Under the pieces are notes generated by a model, which worked only from the letters and a program-made list of their open reading frames with translations, was not told the origin of the DNA and did not search any database. A DNA stretch of 64,000 nt from Gnetum montanum (Eukaryota > Plantae > Gnetophyta): contig MNCI01003028.1 of NCBI GenBank assembly GCA_015680685.1, positions 4,093-68,092 on the forward strand. The letters run 5' to 3'. Positions within the stretch are counted from its first letter, which is position 1; every line of letters begins with the position of its first letter. The position numbers and the translations under genes are program-made. This document shows, in pieces, positions 25,416 through 40,800 of the stretch.

Positions 25416-26355
25416 TGATAAAAATAGTTTATGTGAGTGATGTGATATCGTATATTATAGCTTTACTTACGTCATCGTAGATATGATGTGGTGGGTCATG
25501 GTCCTCACTATAAATACCAACACATTGTCGCGTCAAAGGAACAACTTTGGTTCAACACTCAGGCAGATTCTTGCAAGTTTCTCTCTTGATTTACATTTAG
25601 CAATATAGTAAATGCCCACAGTGTGGTGTTAAGCAATTGTATGACGTCTTTATTCAAGTGAATTGTTTTTAGGCATAGTTTATGGCCAGAAATAAAGATT
25701 GAGATTGTTTCTCACCATTGTAGAATCCCACTTTGCTTACTTTGCTTGCTCTTAATTAACCTTTTTTTACAATTCAATATGTTTACTTTGATTAAGATGC
25801 TTATAATTTATAAGTACTTTACTTTTCCATTGTTCCTTAGTACAATGGTGTAAGTATGACTAGTTTCAAACGTATAAGTGTAATCATTTGGTAATCCTAA
25901 TAGTGTTATTGCTTAATTCACCCAGTAGCATAATACTTGGTAATCCTAGTAGTGTTATTGCTTGGTTCACCCAATAGTCTAATACTTGGTAATCCTAGTG
26001 ATGGTTGCATAAGCTCAAGACATGAATTGTAAACTAGGAACACATATTTAATTGCCTGTAGGCTAGAATAGTTTCTTTATTTGTACTACACTTAGACTTA
26101 GAATATATTACTCTATTTTAAATCATGTTCATACTTAGTCCTAATTTGAGCTAACAACATTAATAAATCATATGCCTCATCATGAGTTAAACCATACAAC
26201 TTGCACTTTACTAACTCAAAGTGAGAAGATAGTGATCACAAAATGAACCTCGACTATTAGTAAATCTACATTGGCCATCCATGAATTATGATCAAGTTGC
26301 ATGTGTGCACTCGTGATTTGTATAATGAAGTGTTAGAATACCTAACTACTCATCA
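25416..26355 (+). repeat. Athila-like 5' LTR (has an internal ~50-bp tandem duplication at ~25885-26000)
   Basis: Colinear with 57802-58682. Confidence 0.9.
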
Positions 26356-26494
26356 TTAGCATCGTTGCCAAGGATGTGTCAATGTTCACTAAGTAGTCAA
26401 TTTTACAAAGTTCCTTATGTAAAGAGTCATCAAGCAAATCTTTCACTTAAACAAAGTTTTCCAAAGTACACACTTAAGGCCTTAAGCATCTAAT

Positions 26495-29400
26495 ATGGCT
26501 TCTACAACTAAAGAGAAATCACCACTTGCTAATGAAATTCATAAAATTCATGATACAAGATATGATGAAGAAGGCTAAAGTACATCTATGAAAAGTAGGA
26601 TTTCCTATGCTCACATTGACCCCATATTATCTTGATTTCACATTTTTCTTTCACTAAGATCAACAACTAAGGTGGAGAAATTTACAGGGTAACATCATTT
26701 TACCTCTAGAACATTCTATACCACCCATGCTACAAGCCATCCTCATAAGGTCAAACCTTAACCATGTACAAGAAGGGTAGCACATCACAAAGTACATGAC
26801 CAATAGAAGATCAAGTAAGAAGGGATGTTGCTATGGAGACAAGGCATGAGTTGGACAAAGGGAAGAAAGTACCACAAATTGTTGTCCTAGAGAAATGAAA
26901 GATATGTTCTACATAGAGAAATTTTATCAAACCCATGGATCTCAATCTCAGACACTGGTTATCCATATCAAAGACCCTATCAAAATACAATTACATTCAG
27001 CTCTTGTAGAAACACCCAGAGGAGATAAGGAAGACTCGACATTAAGAAGAAACTCAAGGCCTAGAACCTCCACTAAATCAAAAAGAAATAAATCAAGAAG
27101 TCATAGAAGGAGAACTAGCTGACACCGTTCTCTAACTTCTTCCTCTTCCTCCTCACACACCTTTAGAGAATATGACAAGAGATAAAAAAGAATGAGGGAT
27201 CATGATAAGCAAAGATAAAGGGATCCTTAGAGACATGAGCATCAAAGAAGACATCCTGATAAAGAAGAGGATAATTGTAAGAGAAGAGGAGAAAGGGAAC
27301 AATATGAAAGCAGAGAGTGTTATGAGAAGCAAAGGTGTTACTACTGTAGTATAGCTCATGAACTCAAAGATTATGAAGAACCTCTATTGACCATTCACAA
27401 TATGATCAACATCAAAGAAGTAGTATATATTCCAATGAGGCATGTAAGGGATAGTCATATCAAGCAACTAGACATGAATAATATTTCCAAGTTTGAAGGA
27501 AGATACAATATAGATCCACAACACCATCTTCAAGTCTTCCGTGATGGTTGTGCCCTACAAAACATTGAAAAAAATTGGTAGAAACTAAAGTTGTTTTCTA
27601 GAATACTCATAAAGGAAGCAGAGAATTGGTACAGATCCTTAGAACCAGAATCTATTCAAAGATGAAGTACCATGCTAGAGCTCTTTAATAACAAATATCA
27701 AACTTATTCCAAAGTGTTCAATTTGAGAAAACAAATTTAAGGATGGAAGTAAGGGACATATGAATCCATTGATGCAAAAATGGCTAGATACTATTGATTG
27801 TTACAAAGGTGCGAAGGCCATAAATTTTCTTAAAGGAAGCAACTACAACACATTGTTGATGGGCTACAAAACAAGATAAGAGAAACCCTTAGGGTATATA
27901 TCCAAGGCAGGTTTTTCAAGATGACAACTCCTCACATTTAGAGACTCATTGACTAAGTGAAAAAATAAGAAGAAAAGTTAAAAAAAAATTAGCTAAAGAA
28001 TATAATAGAGATTTCACCATCATAAAAAGGGATGTGAGAATATGTAAATCATAAGAAGAGAAAACCTTAGAGAATGTGATCCAATGAAAGAATCTACCTA
28101 TTTAGAAATTAGTTAATGACATAGCAACTAAGGTAGAGAAAATGTAGGATTCTATAGATGAGAAATTTTCCACAACATTGAAGACGGTAAAAGAGAGGAT
28201 TGAACAAGCCCTACACTAAAGAAAAGAGAAAAAGAAAAGAAGAGACAATGGATGAGAATAATACAGAAATAAAGAAAAGATTGTTGTAGTAGAGGAAGTA
28301 TTAGACTCTAGTTCGAAAGATGATGAAGGTCGTAAAGTGTGCCAATATGAACATCCTAAGGGATGTTGCCTTGTTATGGCTCACTTATAGGAGTCTAGGA
28401 CATATGTACTTAATTCAAAATTTGTCAAGAAATAAATGCCCAAAAGATTATCTTATCCACAAGGTAACTTCAGATAGCCCTATCAACAAACATACTATCC
28501 AAGTGGGGCACATCCTCAACCATAGGATAGCAGTGACAAGAACCACAAGCATGGGGGAATACCACTACTAAGGTAGCAATATCCATATATACAATGTGAT
28601 CCTTATGGATACTATGTTCAATGACCAATCTCTCTAGGGAATAATTTTGTCCATGCTTCATCTTACTACTATTCACTAGAATATTATTGACCCACTACTT
28701 CATGAATGGATACAAATTCTTACATCCCTTAACTAGCAAATGGTTCCTCACTTCAAACTCCTAACTTCCTACCACTAGTACCACCACTGGTTATGCAAGG
28801 AGAACTACCAACATGGTTGTAACAAAAGAGTGCTGTCAGGGTAGTAACCACACAAGAGGATGTAGTCACAAGTGAACTAAGATCCCAGAAGCATTCCTTT
28901 TTTAGAACAAGCCAAAAAATGTTCGAAGGATGGGGATTTCACCTAACTTTATCCCATTCATAGATGCTCCTTCAAATAATATTGTGCTTCCAAGACCTAT
29001 CGACAAGAAAGTTACTACTATCATGCTCACACAAATAATTATACACTAGATCAAAGTAGGAATGTTTTCCAAGAAGAGAACATATCTTGGGAGTCTCTTA
29101 GTTTATCTTCAAATAGTAGGACATAAACTGTGCAAAGCTCTCTTAGATTTTGGATTAGGAGTAAGCCTAATATTACAAGATATGTACAAGGCATTAAACC
29201 TACCCCTTCTTAAGAAGAGAAACATCCAATTAGAGCTTGTAAACTGGTCTATTACTATTCCACTTGGACAAGTGAAAGATGTTATTACTACCATTAGTGG
29301 CTGATCCTATCCTGTTGACTTCTTAGGCATTCATGTGGGGAAAGAATAAATGGAAATCTTTCATAATTATGAGAAGAGCATGGCTTTAGCATTGTAGATG

Positions 29401-32400
29401 CTAAGCTTGGAATTAGAGACTTGTACTTGGAAATCTCCAAGGAAGATGAAGCTAGAATCATTTAAAGCCATAGAGTTTCATGTATTGCATACAATGATAA
29501 TGGGTGCAATTGTGTGTAAAAAAATTGACCATAAAAGATAATACCATCACAACATGAAATGGATCTATAGAAGACATGCATGTACAAAAGTGCCTATATA
29601 TAGTAGCCATTCAACAAGAAGGCATCCAATGGTTGATAATTGAAGAGGATAATGAATCTAATATGTGCATAGAAATGATAAATAAAATTACAAGTGCCTA
29701 TGTGGAAGAAATTGATGAGTTAGAATAGTTGAAAAGACAACCTCCTCACATCAAATCACCTCAAGAGGAAGATATTTAATGGGAAAGATTAAAGATACAA
29801 GAAAGCTACAAACTAGAACCCTTAGAATTAAAAGCCCTACTAGATACACTTGAATATGCTTTTCTAAATAAAAAGAAATTAGTAATTATAAATGCCAAGC
29901 TTGAAAAAGAACAAAAGTGAAAATTACTAAAAGCAGTAAATAAATGGCCCACTACATTCGCATGGCCCTATGACAAGATTACTAGAATTGATCCATGCAT
30001 ATGCCAACATCACACCTATATAGATCCAACTATCAAACCATGCCACCAACCTTGAAGAAGGTTGAATCCAAAGCTTAAGGAAGTTATTAAGTAAGAGCTA
30101 GAAAAACTATTAAAGTAGGGTTCATCTACTTCAATAGTAGATAGTGAATGGGTTAGCCCATTAATCATTTTACCAAAGAAAGGTGGCAAGTGGAGGGTTT
30201 GTATTGATTTTATATTATTAAACATGGTGACATTCAAGAGCCATTTTACTCTATCATTTGTTGACCAAGTCCTAGATACTATAGAAAAACACTAGTATTA
30301 CAACTTTCTAGATGGATATAGTGGATACAATCAAATCCACATTGCACTAGAAGATTAAGAAAAGACTACATTTACTAGTCCATGGGGAACTTTTGCATAC
30401 AAGAAAATGTTCTTTGGCTTGTATAATGCACCCACTACATTCTAGAAACTTGTATTCAACATCGTTTAGAAGAAAAGTGGTAATTGAGTTGAAGTCTTTA
30501 TGGAAAACTTCTCAACATATGGGCTAGATTTTAAATAGGCCTTGAATCATTAATCTAAATCTCAACTTGAAAAAAGCCATTTAATGGTTCTAATGATATA
30601 GTTCTGGGGCATAAAGTATGTCACAAGGGAATAGAGGTAGATCTAGAGAAGATCAAAGTCATTCAAAATATCACTCAGAGACCACAAACTATCAAAGATG
30701 TTATAGAATTTCTTGGCCGTATAGGATACTATAGAAGATTCATCAAAAAAATTTCATAGATTGTGAAACCATTGGTAGAATTAACTAAGAAAGATGCACC
30801 ATTTCTATAGATAGAATAATGTGAAAAAGCATTTGGGTCTTTAAAACAAAAACTAATCAAGACACTAATCCTTTGAGCTTTGAATTGGTCAAATCCTTTT
30901 TACATTATGATAGATGCTTCAAACTATACACTAGGAATAGTACTCACTCAAATAAATGAATGGAAAATACCTTATTATATACACTATGCTAGTTGAAGCA
31001 TCACTGAAGCACAACTCAACTACACCACAATAGAAAAGGAGCTAACGGCCATGATGTATGCATTTGAAAAATTTAGACATTATGTGCTTGAGTACCCTAT
31101 TTATGTCCACATAGATCATAGTGCCATCAGATTTCTAATGAATAATTCAGTAGTTAGTCCTAGATTGATAAAATGGCTAGTTATCCTACAAGAGTTTGAC
31201 ATTACCATGATCAATAAAAAAGGAATTGACAATGTAGTAGAAAATAATTTATTAAGACTAAGATGGAAAACCCAAGAGAATGATGAACTAGTATTAGATT
31301 AATTTCCTAATGAAAAATTATTCACCAAAACTACAATGGTTGAAGACTCAATAGAGAATTCATGGCTTATTACATAATGTATCTCACTAAACAAGAACTT
31401 CTTGTTGAATGGGATAAGAAACATAAGGAACAGTTCCTCCACAAAGTAAAAAGCTATATGAAAATAAATAGGAACCTTTACAAGAAATACATTGATGGAT
31501 TAATAAGGTGGTGCATTCCAGAAGAGAGTTAACAAAGAGTCCTACAAGATGCACTTAAACAACCATGTGGTGGTCATTATGCAAAATGAAGGACAAAATT
31601 AAAATTAATGATGATAGGCTACTTTTGGCCTATCATATTTAGGGATGTGAATTAATTTGCACAGTCTTGTAAAAGATGTCAAAGAGATGAAGGGCTGATA
31701 GCCAAAAGTGAAGGACCACAACAATGAAAACAACCATTGAAACCTTTTGACATTTGGGTAATTGATTTTATTAGACCCATCACACCAATGTCAAATGAAA
31801 AGTCTTCCATCATAGTAATAATTGATTATTATACAAGTGGATAAAAGTAGTTGTAGTCAAGGATTACATAGCCAAAATAGCTACTCTTTTAATAACATGT
31901 AGTGAATAAATTTAAAGTACCACACATACTTATATCTAATAATGAGACTCATTTTATAGAAGCTACATTTAAAAAGCTAATGCAACAACTTGGGGTGAAT
32001 CACGAATTAACTACACCATACCATTCCTAAGAAAATGGTCAAGCAGAAGTGACTAACTAAGAGATCACAAGAATATTAACTAGAAGAGTTAGTCATTATA
32101 AGAAAGTTTGGAGAATGAAAATTAACCATGCTCTATGGGCATATAGATTGACCTAGAAACTTCCTAGAGGGTATTCTCCATATGAGCTAGTTTATGATAA
32201 ACTACCCAGATTATTGATTGAATTGAAACTCAATATCCTTTCTACCACTAGTACACTTGACCTTGATTTAAGCTTAGCTCAGAAAGAACACCTCTTGAAT
32301 CTTAATCTTCTAGATGAAAATTGGTTAGTAGCCCAAATGAGTAAAAAAATTCACAAAAAGTACTCTAAATGTACACATGATGCTAGAATAAGATAGGTGT

Positions 32401-32595
32401 TAATTAAGCTGGGTGATAAATTTTTCTACTATAATCCTAGCCATGTCCTATAAAAGGCTAACTTTCAAATATTATGGAAAGGACCCTACATCTTCCATGC
32501 TACAACTGATCTAGCACCTTGCAAATCTACCATCCAACAAACCAACAGAAACTAATCCTTGTCAATATTCAATAAGTTAATTCATACCATGATTT
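26495..32595 (+). pseudogene. Athila-like gag-pol pseudogene
   Basis: Gag ISKFEG..DPQHHLQVF (~27480); PR KALLDFG..VSLI (~29133); RT YNFLDGYSGYNQI (~30300) and EVFMENF (~30490); RH DASNY..NYTTIEKEL (30910-31045); INT GGHY/CKRCQ/WVIDF/TPYH.*ENGQAE (31570-32055); WKGPY (~32475). Many stops and frameshifts. Confidence 0.92.
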
Positions 32596-33244
32596 CCCCT
32601 ACCCTCTTAAGGACTATACCCTATCCACTAAACTGTTTATCATCCATTCCATCTTCCAGGTATCCACTTCATCTAATAGTTGTTGTGATGTCAAATTTGA
32701 CACTTAGGCATGAGTTTTTCTTCTAACATTTTTTTTTACTCTTTACTTTTCACATTCCTTTATCAATTCTCACATTCTTTAATATCTTTTAAATTCTTTC
32801 TACATTTTCCCATTCTTATAATTTTTCTACAATTTTTCATCATCTTTTTTGTACTAATTTTTGGAATTTTTCTAATAAAGTGTAAGGAATAAAACAAGAT
32901 GTAGTCCCAATAATGTGAATTTAATCCTGTATTATTAAACCATTGAACGAATACTTATATATACTATGAGACTACATCATCCATCTACTAATTTCCAATA
33001 ATAAGAGGTTTTGACCATGGACATAATAATATTCTTTCCATAATAAACTAAAATAAACTTGTGATCATTATTCTTGGATAGAAAAGTGCAGAACTAGGTG
33101 GGAATGAAAAGGATGTGACATCAAGGGTATTTGTGGATTCTCTAAGGTTGCTATTAGAAGTCTTATCTTACCGTTAAGCTATATTATGTACTTAACATCA
33201 AATGAAAAATGGTAGTATGTCTAAAATAAGTTTTGCCTTACCAT

Positions 33245-33462
33245 GCCACTAGAAAGACATGTTACCCATGCTTGAAGGTAGTCCTCTCATAAGGTTGACA
33301 TAATAATAACATAATAAATGCAAAAAATAAATTTTTTTGGGGGTTCCACTAGAAAGACATGTTATCCATGCTTGTAGGTAGGTGAATTCTTAGAAATTTC
33401 AAGATTTATTGGACTTGCATTGGTTATAGGGCTAGAAAGACATATTACCCATTCTTGAAGGC
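33245..33462. repeat. Three dispersed copies of CTAGAAAGACATGTTACCCATGCTTGAAGG in the Athila post-pol region
   Basis: Copies at ~33249, ~33349 and ~33432. Confidence 0.8.
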
Positions 33463-34569
33463 ACTCCTTTGTCCAATGGCCAAGTCTCCTTTAAAAGTAA
33501 ACTATGTTGTTAATAAATCTACTTCATTAAACTTTATTGTCAATTGTTAATACTTCTTATAATTGTGATAATCTTGTGGTTACTAGTTTTGGGATGATAT
33601 AGTGTGATGTCACTAGTTAATAGTATGGACTAGGTTTGGATCTTGGATGGAAGGGCTATTGATCACTTTAACCATATATTACACCTAGAATTCACCATTC
33701 CTATGGTAAGATACCTCTCACCTTAATTTCTGCATTCCCTTTCTACTCCCATTTTACTTCACTCTTATATACAATCATATTCTAACAGTTTTGTATAACA
33801 TAGTGTTAGTTTCTCATTTCGGTGATACTAATAAGTGTATTTTGAAAGACAAGTATGTTTAACATTCAACCCCTTAAGTGCTTACAAATACTTGTGGATG
33901 TGGTTATACAAGGACACTAAGGACTAGAGCATGCTTTTGGGAGGATCCACTTGTATAACTTTTATGTTTCATACTTCTTGATCAATTCCACATCATCTTG
34001 TGCCTATGGAACATTTAAACCATAATTTTTATTTTCCCATAGACTCATAATTGATCTTACTTATAGCAATATCTATAACCCATCTTCTATATACCTCATG
34101 AATTTACTTTGCTAAATATTCCTTCTTTCACAAACTTTTATTGAAACATTTTCATATTTTGAGCATCATCTATGATCAACAACCCTTTAGACTACATCTA
34201 CATCTTCCAAATTATTCATTAAATTCAATTTTTCCATCAAAAATTACTCAAAATTCAAAAAATTTTCAAGGTGACACTGTAGCTACGATGTATTAGGCCC
34301 TAATACATCATAGCTATGTGTCATATCTACAATGTTGCCAATAAAAAATTCTATATATATATGTGCTAGAGTTAGCCAATTTTTTATTTTACACATTTCA
34401 AGCAAGGGAAGTTCATGCTATTTTTGTGACCACTTGATGTCTAAACTTCCAAACTTCCTCATTGTAGCTCCAATTTGCATGATTCTTAAACCTTCTTGAT
34501 CACGAGGTGATTGACTTAGTCATGGGGGAGAGCACTACACATAGTTTGTGCAAGTTGAGAAAAATTTTT

Positions 34570-35556
34570 CTAATGCCAAGAAGAGTACATAAAAGGTAAG
34601 AATAATAATAATCAATTAATTCTTAATTAAATAATTGAATAAAAGCTAATAGACTTAACCAATTTTTATAACTATTCATGCAAATACATAATAAAGAAGA
34701 GAATAACAATCGTAAGAGTCCATAACAATCAAAAGATATAATAAATAAGGGTTTCTTTTTGAAATTTTTCTAACTTTATAATCATGATAAGAGCTATAAA
34801 TCAATAATAAGGATAACATTTTTCATCAAATCTAAGAACCCTAGAGAGGACTATGAACCATTAGAAACCTATTTGAAATTCTTGGGTAATCTCAAACAAA
34901 TCCTTTATGATTGTAAATGGCTCCTATAAGACCCATAACAAAAGGACCATAACAATAAAGAGGGAAAAGACCCAAAGGAGACAAGCTAGAGAATAGACGC
35001 TACAAGTAGAGTAAGATGCTCAATCCTTTAGAATCCATCAGCAAACACCTGCAATAGAACACTCTGCACAAGTTGAGGTTGAAGCACTACTAGCTCTAGA
35101 GTAAGAAAAACACTTCACACTATCAGCTAAATGCCTCCAAGCTATTTAGGAGAAATCAATCATGACCATAGCCATTGTGGAACTCAACTTTAGACTATTC
35201 TTGGAGTTTGTGCCTACTAATTTCTAAGAGCAACTCCAAGCCTCTCCTCTATGGCCAACTCTATCATGTAGTGGGGAATGGTACTTAGGAGAAGTATACT
35301 AGTTTTGGAAAAATAAATGGGATGATTCCATAGTTAAGATTGAAGGATTCATAGTGCCTTATTTAGTGGAAGAAATCATAAAGATACTAAATATTCCCAA
35401 CATCAAACTAGATATTACATAGATATCTACAAGATTTGACAAAAATGCAAAGACGTTGTGGCTACAAAGGGCCTATGACATAGAAAATAAAGAATATAGT
35501 GAGTTATTTACTGAAGAGAAAATATATTTCAAAATCAAGACTTATCATATTTTCTT
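34570..35556 (+). pseudogene. 5' part of the Athila-like extra (env-position) ORF, cut by the Tat insertion
   Basis: Purine-rich, coding-like sequence after the pol 3' non-coding region; resumes at 55474. Confidence 0.45.
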
Positions 35557-37181
35557 TAAAACACCACCAAATTTGGGCCACCATGTCTTGACTGCAAATT
35601 TGTCTAAGTGTTAATACAAGGCAATTTTTTTTCTAAGTGTTGGACCTATGCTCTCCACTACTGGGACTACACTTTAGAGCGTAGTCTGCAACACAAGATC
35701 ATATTTTCAAGATTTTTTCTAAGTGTCAATAGCAACTGTAAATTTTTTCTAAGTGTGAGAACTATGCTCTCACTGTTAGGACTACGCTCTAGAGCATAGT
35801 CAGCATACTAATGGTCAATTTTGCAAATTTGCCTAAGTGTCAAGATAGAAATTGTTAAGTTGGTTTGGCATGGAAGAAATAGTTTGGCAAATTTTCTAAC
35901 TTCTGAGACTATGCTTCCTACTATGCTCTAGAGCATAGTCAATGTAGTTTGCATGAAGACATTAGTTTTTGCTAGATTTTTCTAAGTGTCAAAGCTCAAG
36001 ACTATGCTCTTGAGTGTAGTTAGCATTGAACCTCATTTTTTTTTTGCAAAACTTATCTAATTGTTGGGACTATTATCTAGAGCATAGTCAACATAGTTAT
36101 GCAAAACAACCTCTAGAGCTCAGCACTAGCCTTTTCCTTAGCTTCGACACATCTCCAGCAAGCAAGATCAGCAATTTGCACTTCTTTTGCATCCCTCATT
36201 TGTCCCTAAATTGTACCTATGCTTGACACCACTCTGGAGAATGGACCACGTAGTCCCAAAGTGTAGTTTCCAAACCTGCACTATTTTGCATTATTTTCAG
36301 GTACCTTGTGGTCTGTTCAACACTGGCACATGAAGTTTGGGTAGCATAGTCATAATTTGGCAATCTCACAAGGTCCATTGAAGCACACCAGTAGAACACC
36401 ATTTGCTTCAGTGGAAGCATAGTTGGGTGTAGCATAGTCCCAACTACCCCTCTACCATGTGACGCTTGATCTACACTTCATAACAACCCTAACCTTATAA
36501 ATGCCCCAATGCTCTACATTTTAGGGGTTGGAAAATTTGAACATTGGCATTCCTAGCAATCTTTGCATTTGAGCGCACTTGGCATTTTGGCGAACTCTAG
36601 ACTAGCACTTAGCACGATTGCACACCACTTAGCACATCACAAACCACCTTAGCCCATGAGACACTATTGCGGCCAACCTAGCAGGCACAAACTTGATGGA
36701 AGACATTAGTCTTTGTAGCCCAAACACCTTGAGATTGTTACTACGTTGCCTACTATGCTTATTTGTATACCATGTACCTACTCACCTTTTCTTGTAGTTA
36801 ACTACACTTTCTTTGTTTGGAGTGGTTCTTCTTTCTCTCTTGCTCATGTCCCATTCATTTTTAGCATTTTCTCTTGCATTCTAGCATTTACTTGCATTTT
36901 TTGCTATTTTCTACACATATTTTCATGTTTGCACCTTTGCTTTGTGCTAGAAACGTTGACTATGCTCACCCTCATTGACATTGTGGATGCTACAAACACC
37001 ATGAAAACCCTTAGCATTCAGTTTAGTATAGCACTCCGTAAGTCCTAGTTTGATTGACAAGATCATTTTGGGCATCTTATCTCCATTTCTAGCATGCCCT
37101 CACATGGATCTAGGGTCAAACTATGTGCACCATGAACCTCTTGGTATACCATTCTAGCCTCTGACATTTTTGGTCACTACA
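35557..37181 (+). repeat. Tat-like 5' LTR, TATA box at ~36496
   Basis: Colinear with 53888-55473; contains multiple GACTAYRCTCTAGAGYRTAGTC palindromes. Confidence 0.92.
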
Positions 37182-37809
37182 GTTTTTTGGCACTAGAAGG
37201 AGGACCACTGCCATTTCCTTCTACAATATTCCTTGGTTGTTGCCTTGCTTTCTCTCCCCATCACCATTGCTAGCTCCAAGGTAGCAAAGACCTCACACCC
37301 CTATGGATCTACCATGGTAGTAGCTAGATTTTAGGCTATCATAGGAGTTGTCTGCAAACCGTTGGTGTAGACTCGACCCCATTGTCTATTCCATGGGAAC
37401 CTCGCTTAAAAACACCAAAGCGTATATCCAATACTTACCTGAATTTTGGGTGCTCAAGAGAGCATAGCTAGCTCTTAGTGTAGAGAGCATAGTTGGCTCT
37501 AGCATAGTGAGTGTAGTCCCAGAGTTAGCCATTTTTTCAGTAGTTTACACTTAGTCATTTTTTCTATGTTTTTTTATACTTTGTCATTTTTTTAGTAGTT
37601 TTATACTTAGCCATTTTTTCTGCATTTTCACATTTAGTTTTTTTTCCAGTTAGCAAAGTTAGCCTTTTTTTTTCTTTTCACAAATAGTAACTTTTGTGTT
37701 CTTCCTTTTGCATTATGAACATTGAGAAGCCTTCAACCTCTGCTTCAAGAATAGTTGTTGTCTAGCTCATTTAGTAAGAAATCTAAATTGATCATCCTGC
37801 TAGTCCCAC

Positions 37810-40800
37810 CATGGCAAAATAGAGGCAATCCCTTAGGTTGTGCAACCTACCTCCCAAGTACATGGTGCTAAACAAAAAGTAGCATAACTTCATTTGCACA
37901 AAGCTCTAGGTAGGTCTATTCATAAGCCATCAAAAAATGGAGGCCAAATGAAGTTTTAAACTCATACATTGAAATAGGAAGGAATACTTCCCCTCCATTG
38001 TGAACTTCATTCCACTCATAAAGACCTACTAGTGGATGCTTGATAACCTCATTTGAAACATCAGTTGTAAGGTAGAGAAAGACTACGAGGAGCCCCTATA
38101 GGAAAAGTAGGATGAGTTTGAAACTTGGTCTAAGCATGATGACTCTTTCCACATCTCGTTCTAGAGGACAACCTTATTTATCTTTTTGGAGATAGTCATA
38201 AGCTTGGTGTCACCTCCTAGGTTAATGCTTATGGTGGCAACCCACAAAATGCACCATATGATCCAGGATGTGGCCCATCCTTTTAGCCTACACTTTGTCA
38301 TACAACCATAGCCTATTCAGTGTTCTATGCTAGCAACTGTTGTGCCTACACAACCCTATGTGCACATTGTGCACATTCCCCACTGCATACAACTCAAGCA
38401 TCTTACATCCCACCTATTTTGTCAACACCCTTCATAGTGCCCAACCCCCAAACATGTGGTGGGGCCCAAGCATTGTGCCCATGGTGTAGCCCACACAATA
38501 AACATTGCGTGTGGTTGCATAACCTAGAGCTAAGTCATGGGGCACCCAAATGACACATTGGGCAACATAACTAACATAGCCTACTGCAACCTCCCCAAGT
38601 CTGGATCAAGCCTTCGAGCTCATCTATACTTTAACAGAAGAGGTCAAGTAGCTCAAGGCCACCTCCTTTGAAACTATACATGTGATGGACTTCTACTAGG
38701 ATGACTTGATCAATCCTATAGTTCCACCACTGATGTTGCCTACTAGGGCCCCACTCCCCCAATTCACCAAACACAATGGTAAAGGGAACCCTAATGCCCA
38801 CCTGGTAACCTTCTGGTCTGAATGCCTTCTATTGCAAGCATGGCCACACATCATTATCCATGTGTTCATCATGTCCATGACTAGTAAGGCATTGGATTGG
38901 TACCATGCACTTCCTAGGACCTCCATCTCCTCTTTTGAGGATTTTCTTAGCTAATTTTTCATACGTCTCAAATATAACTTGAAGTTCAAGGCGACCCTGG
39001 ACCATCTAATGCAAATTAAGCAAGGCCACTTAGAGCTCATGTGAAAATTCATTCAAAATTGGAGTGCATCACTCAATAAAATCTATGAGCCCATTATAGA
39101 GACACACCTACTAGCTATTTTTAAAGGTGTGGTGAATGACTTCATTAAGTCAAAACTATATTACCTTGCCCTACAATCCTTGAGCCAAGTGTTCACTCAA
39201 ACCAAAAGCATTCAAGATGCGATGGAGGCTAGCAGGGATCTAACCTACATGGCCTATTAAAAATTGCACACTAAGAAAGACAAGGACAAGGGTAACTAGG
39301 TAACCACAACTGTAGTGATGGTGGCCAATGAGGCTAAGCCAAGCAATGCCAAGCTAACGGCCAAGCCACCTAAGGCCTTAACCAACAACAAAAAGATTCT
39401 AGCTATAGCGTTGTGGCAAGAAACTAGCTCACATCGTTGATGGCCATGGCACCAGCTATTCCAAGGTCAAACTTTAAGAGTAAGGATCATTCAAAATACA
39501 CATCATTGCCCCTAAAGCTATCAAAGCTCTTAGACCAACTACTTAGGTTTGGAAGAATCTAGTACAAGAAAATGTCCAAGGATGCTCAAAAATGTCATGA
39601 TAGATATTGTGAGCTCCTTAAGAATCCCTCAATCACACTACCAAACGAGCCTTTGATTCCCAAGCATTTTAGGCTAGACCAGTTTTGCTATTATCACCAA
39701 TTTCTGGGCCATGATATCGACTTTTGCATGGATTTGTAGGATGATGTACAATGCATGATTGATAGGGGCAAGTTGGTCCTTGACACAACCAACCCAGTTC
39801 ACCCCAAAAACTAATCAATAAGGGTCTACAAGGACCCTCTCAATGCAAGTAGTGCAGGGTACACCATCAACACTATTAGTCTTAATGACAACTTAGAGTT
39901 GGCATAGGAGCTCTTCATGGTTTGTGTGCCTTTTAGGGACACTAGGACCCCTTCATCCTCAACCAGTTCAAGAACCCCTTTTGTTGTTAGAGCACCACCT
40001 TGGGAACCCATAACATCCTTTGTGGTCAGGGTCCCATAGCATGTTGTAGTAGTAATAGCCAAATCACCCTTTATCGTAAGGATGTCACAACATGTGGACT
40101 CCCCACCTACTAGGAGTCTAGTGGTGGAAAATGCATTGGTCCTTGCTCACTCAAGGTTCCATCCTACAAGAGATACCAATAGGTAATCGAGGTGGTAACC
40201 CAAGTGGCCTAACAAGCACCTCATCGACAAAATGGTTAGGAAACACTATGAGCAAAGGGTACTAGGCCCACTGAAGCTTGTCCCCTTGTTCTCTATCCTA
40301 ATGAACAAATCAATTGAGAATACCACTATAAGCAACCAATAACTAAGCACTAAGGCTCCAAAATAAGCAAAGCAAGTGAGTCCTATATCTCCTCCATGAG
40401 AGATTCATCTCTTAGGCCACATGAAGGGGATGAAGGCCAACAAAATAACCGATAGTGGCAAAGAATTTCTAGATGCATTGGCCCAAGTCAAATAGGCTAA
40501 AAAACAAAAGAACACTACATTAAGCCTGTATGACCTGATCATGACCTCCTCCACCCACTATAAAGCATTTTTCTACATGTTGATCTTCATTCCTATTATG
40601 AAGGACATCCCAGTGAATGAGCAATCCATCCATGCTATGATGCTTCCCGTTGCATCATAGGAATTGAGTTCAATGTCCCTAGTGTTCCATGATGAGGCAA
40701 TCAAGGTTGACCCTAAGAAGGATCAAGTCATTATTGCATGAATGTTTATCACAATTCATGTTGGGTAATGTAGAATCTATAGGGTGCATGTCAATGATAG

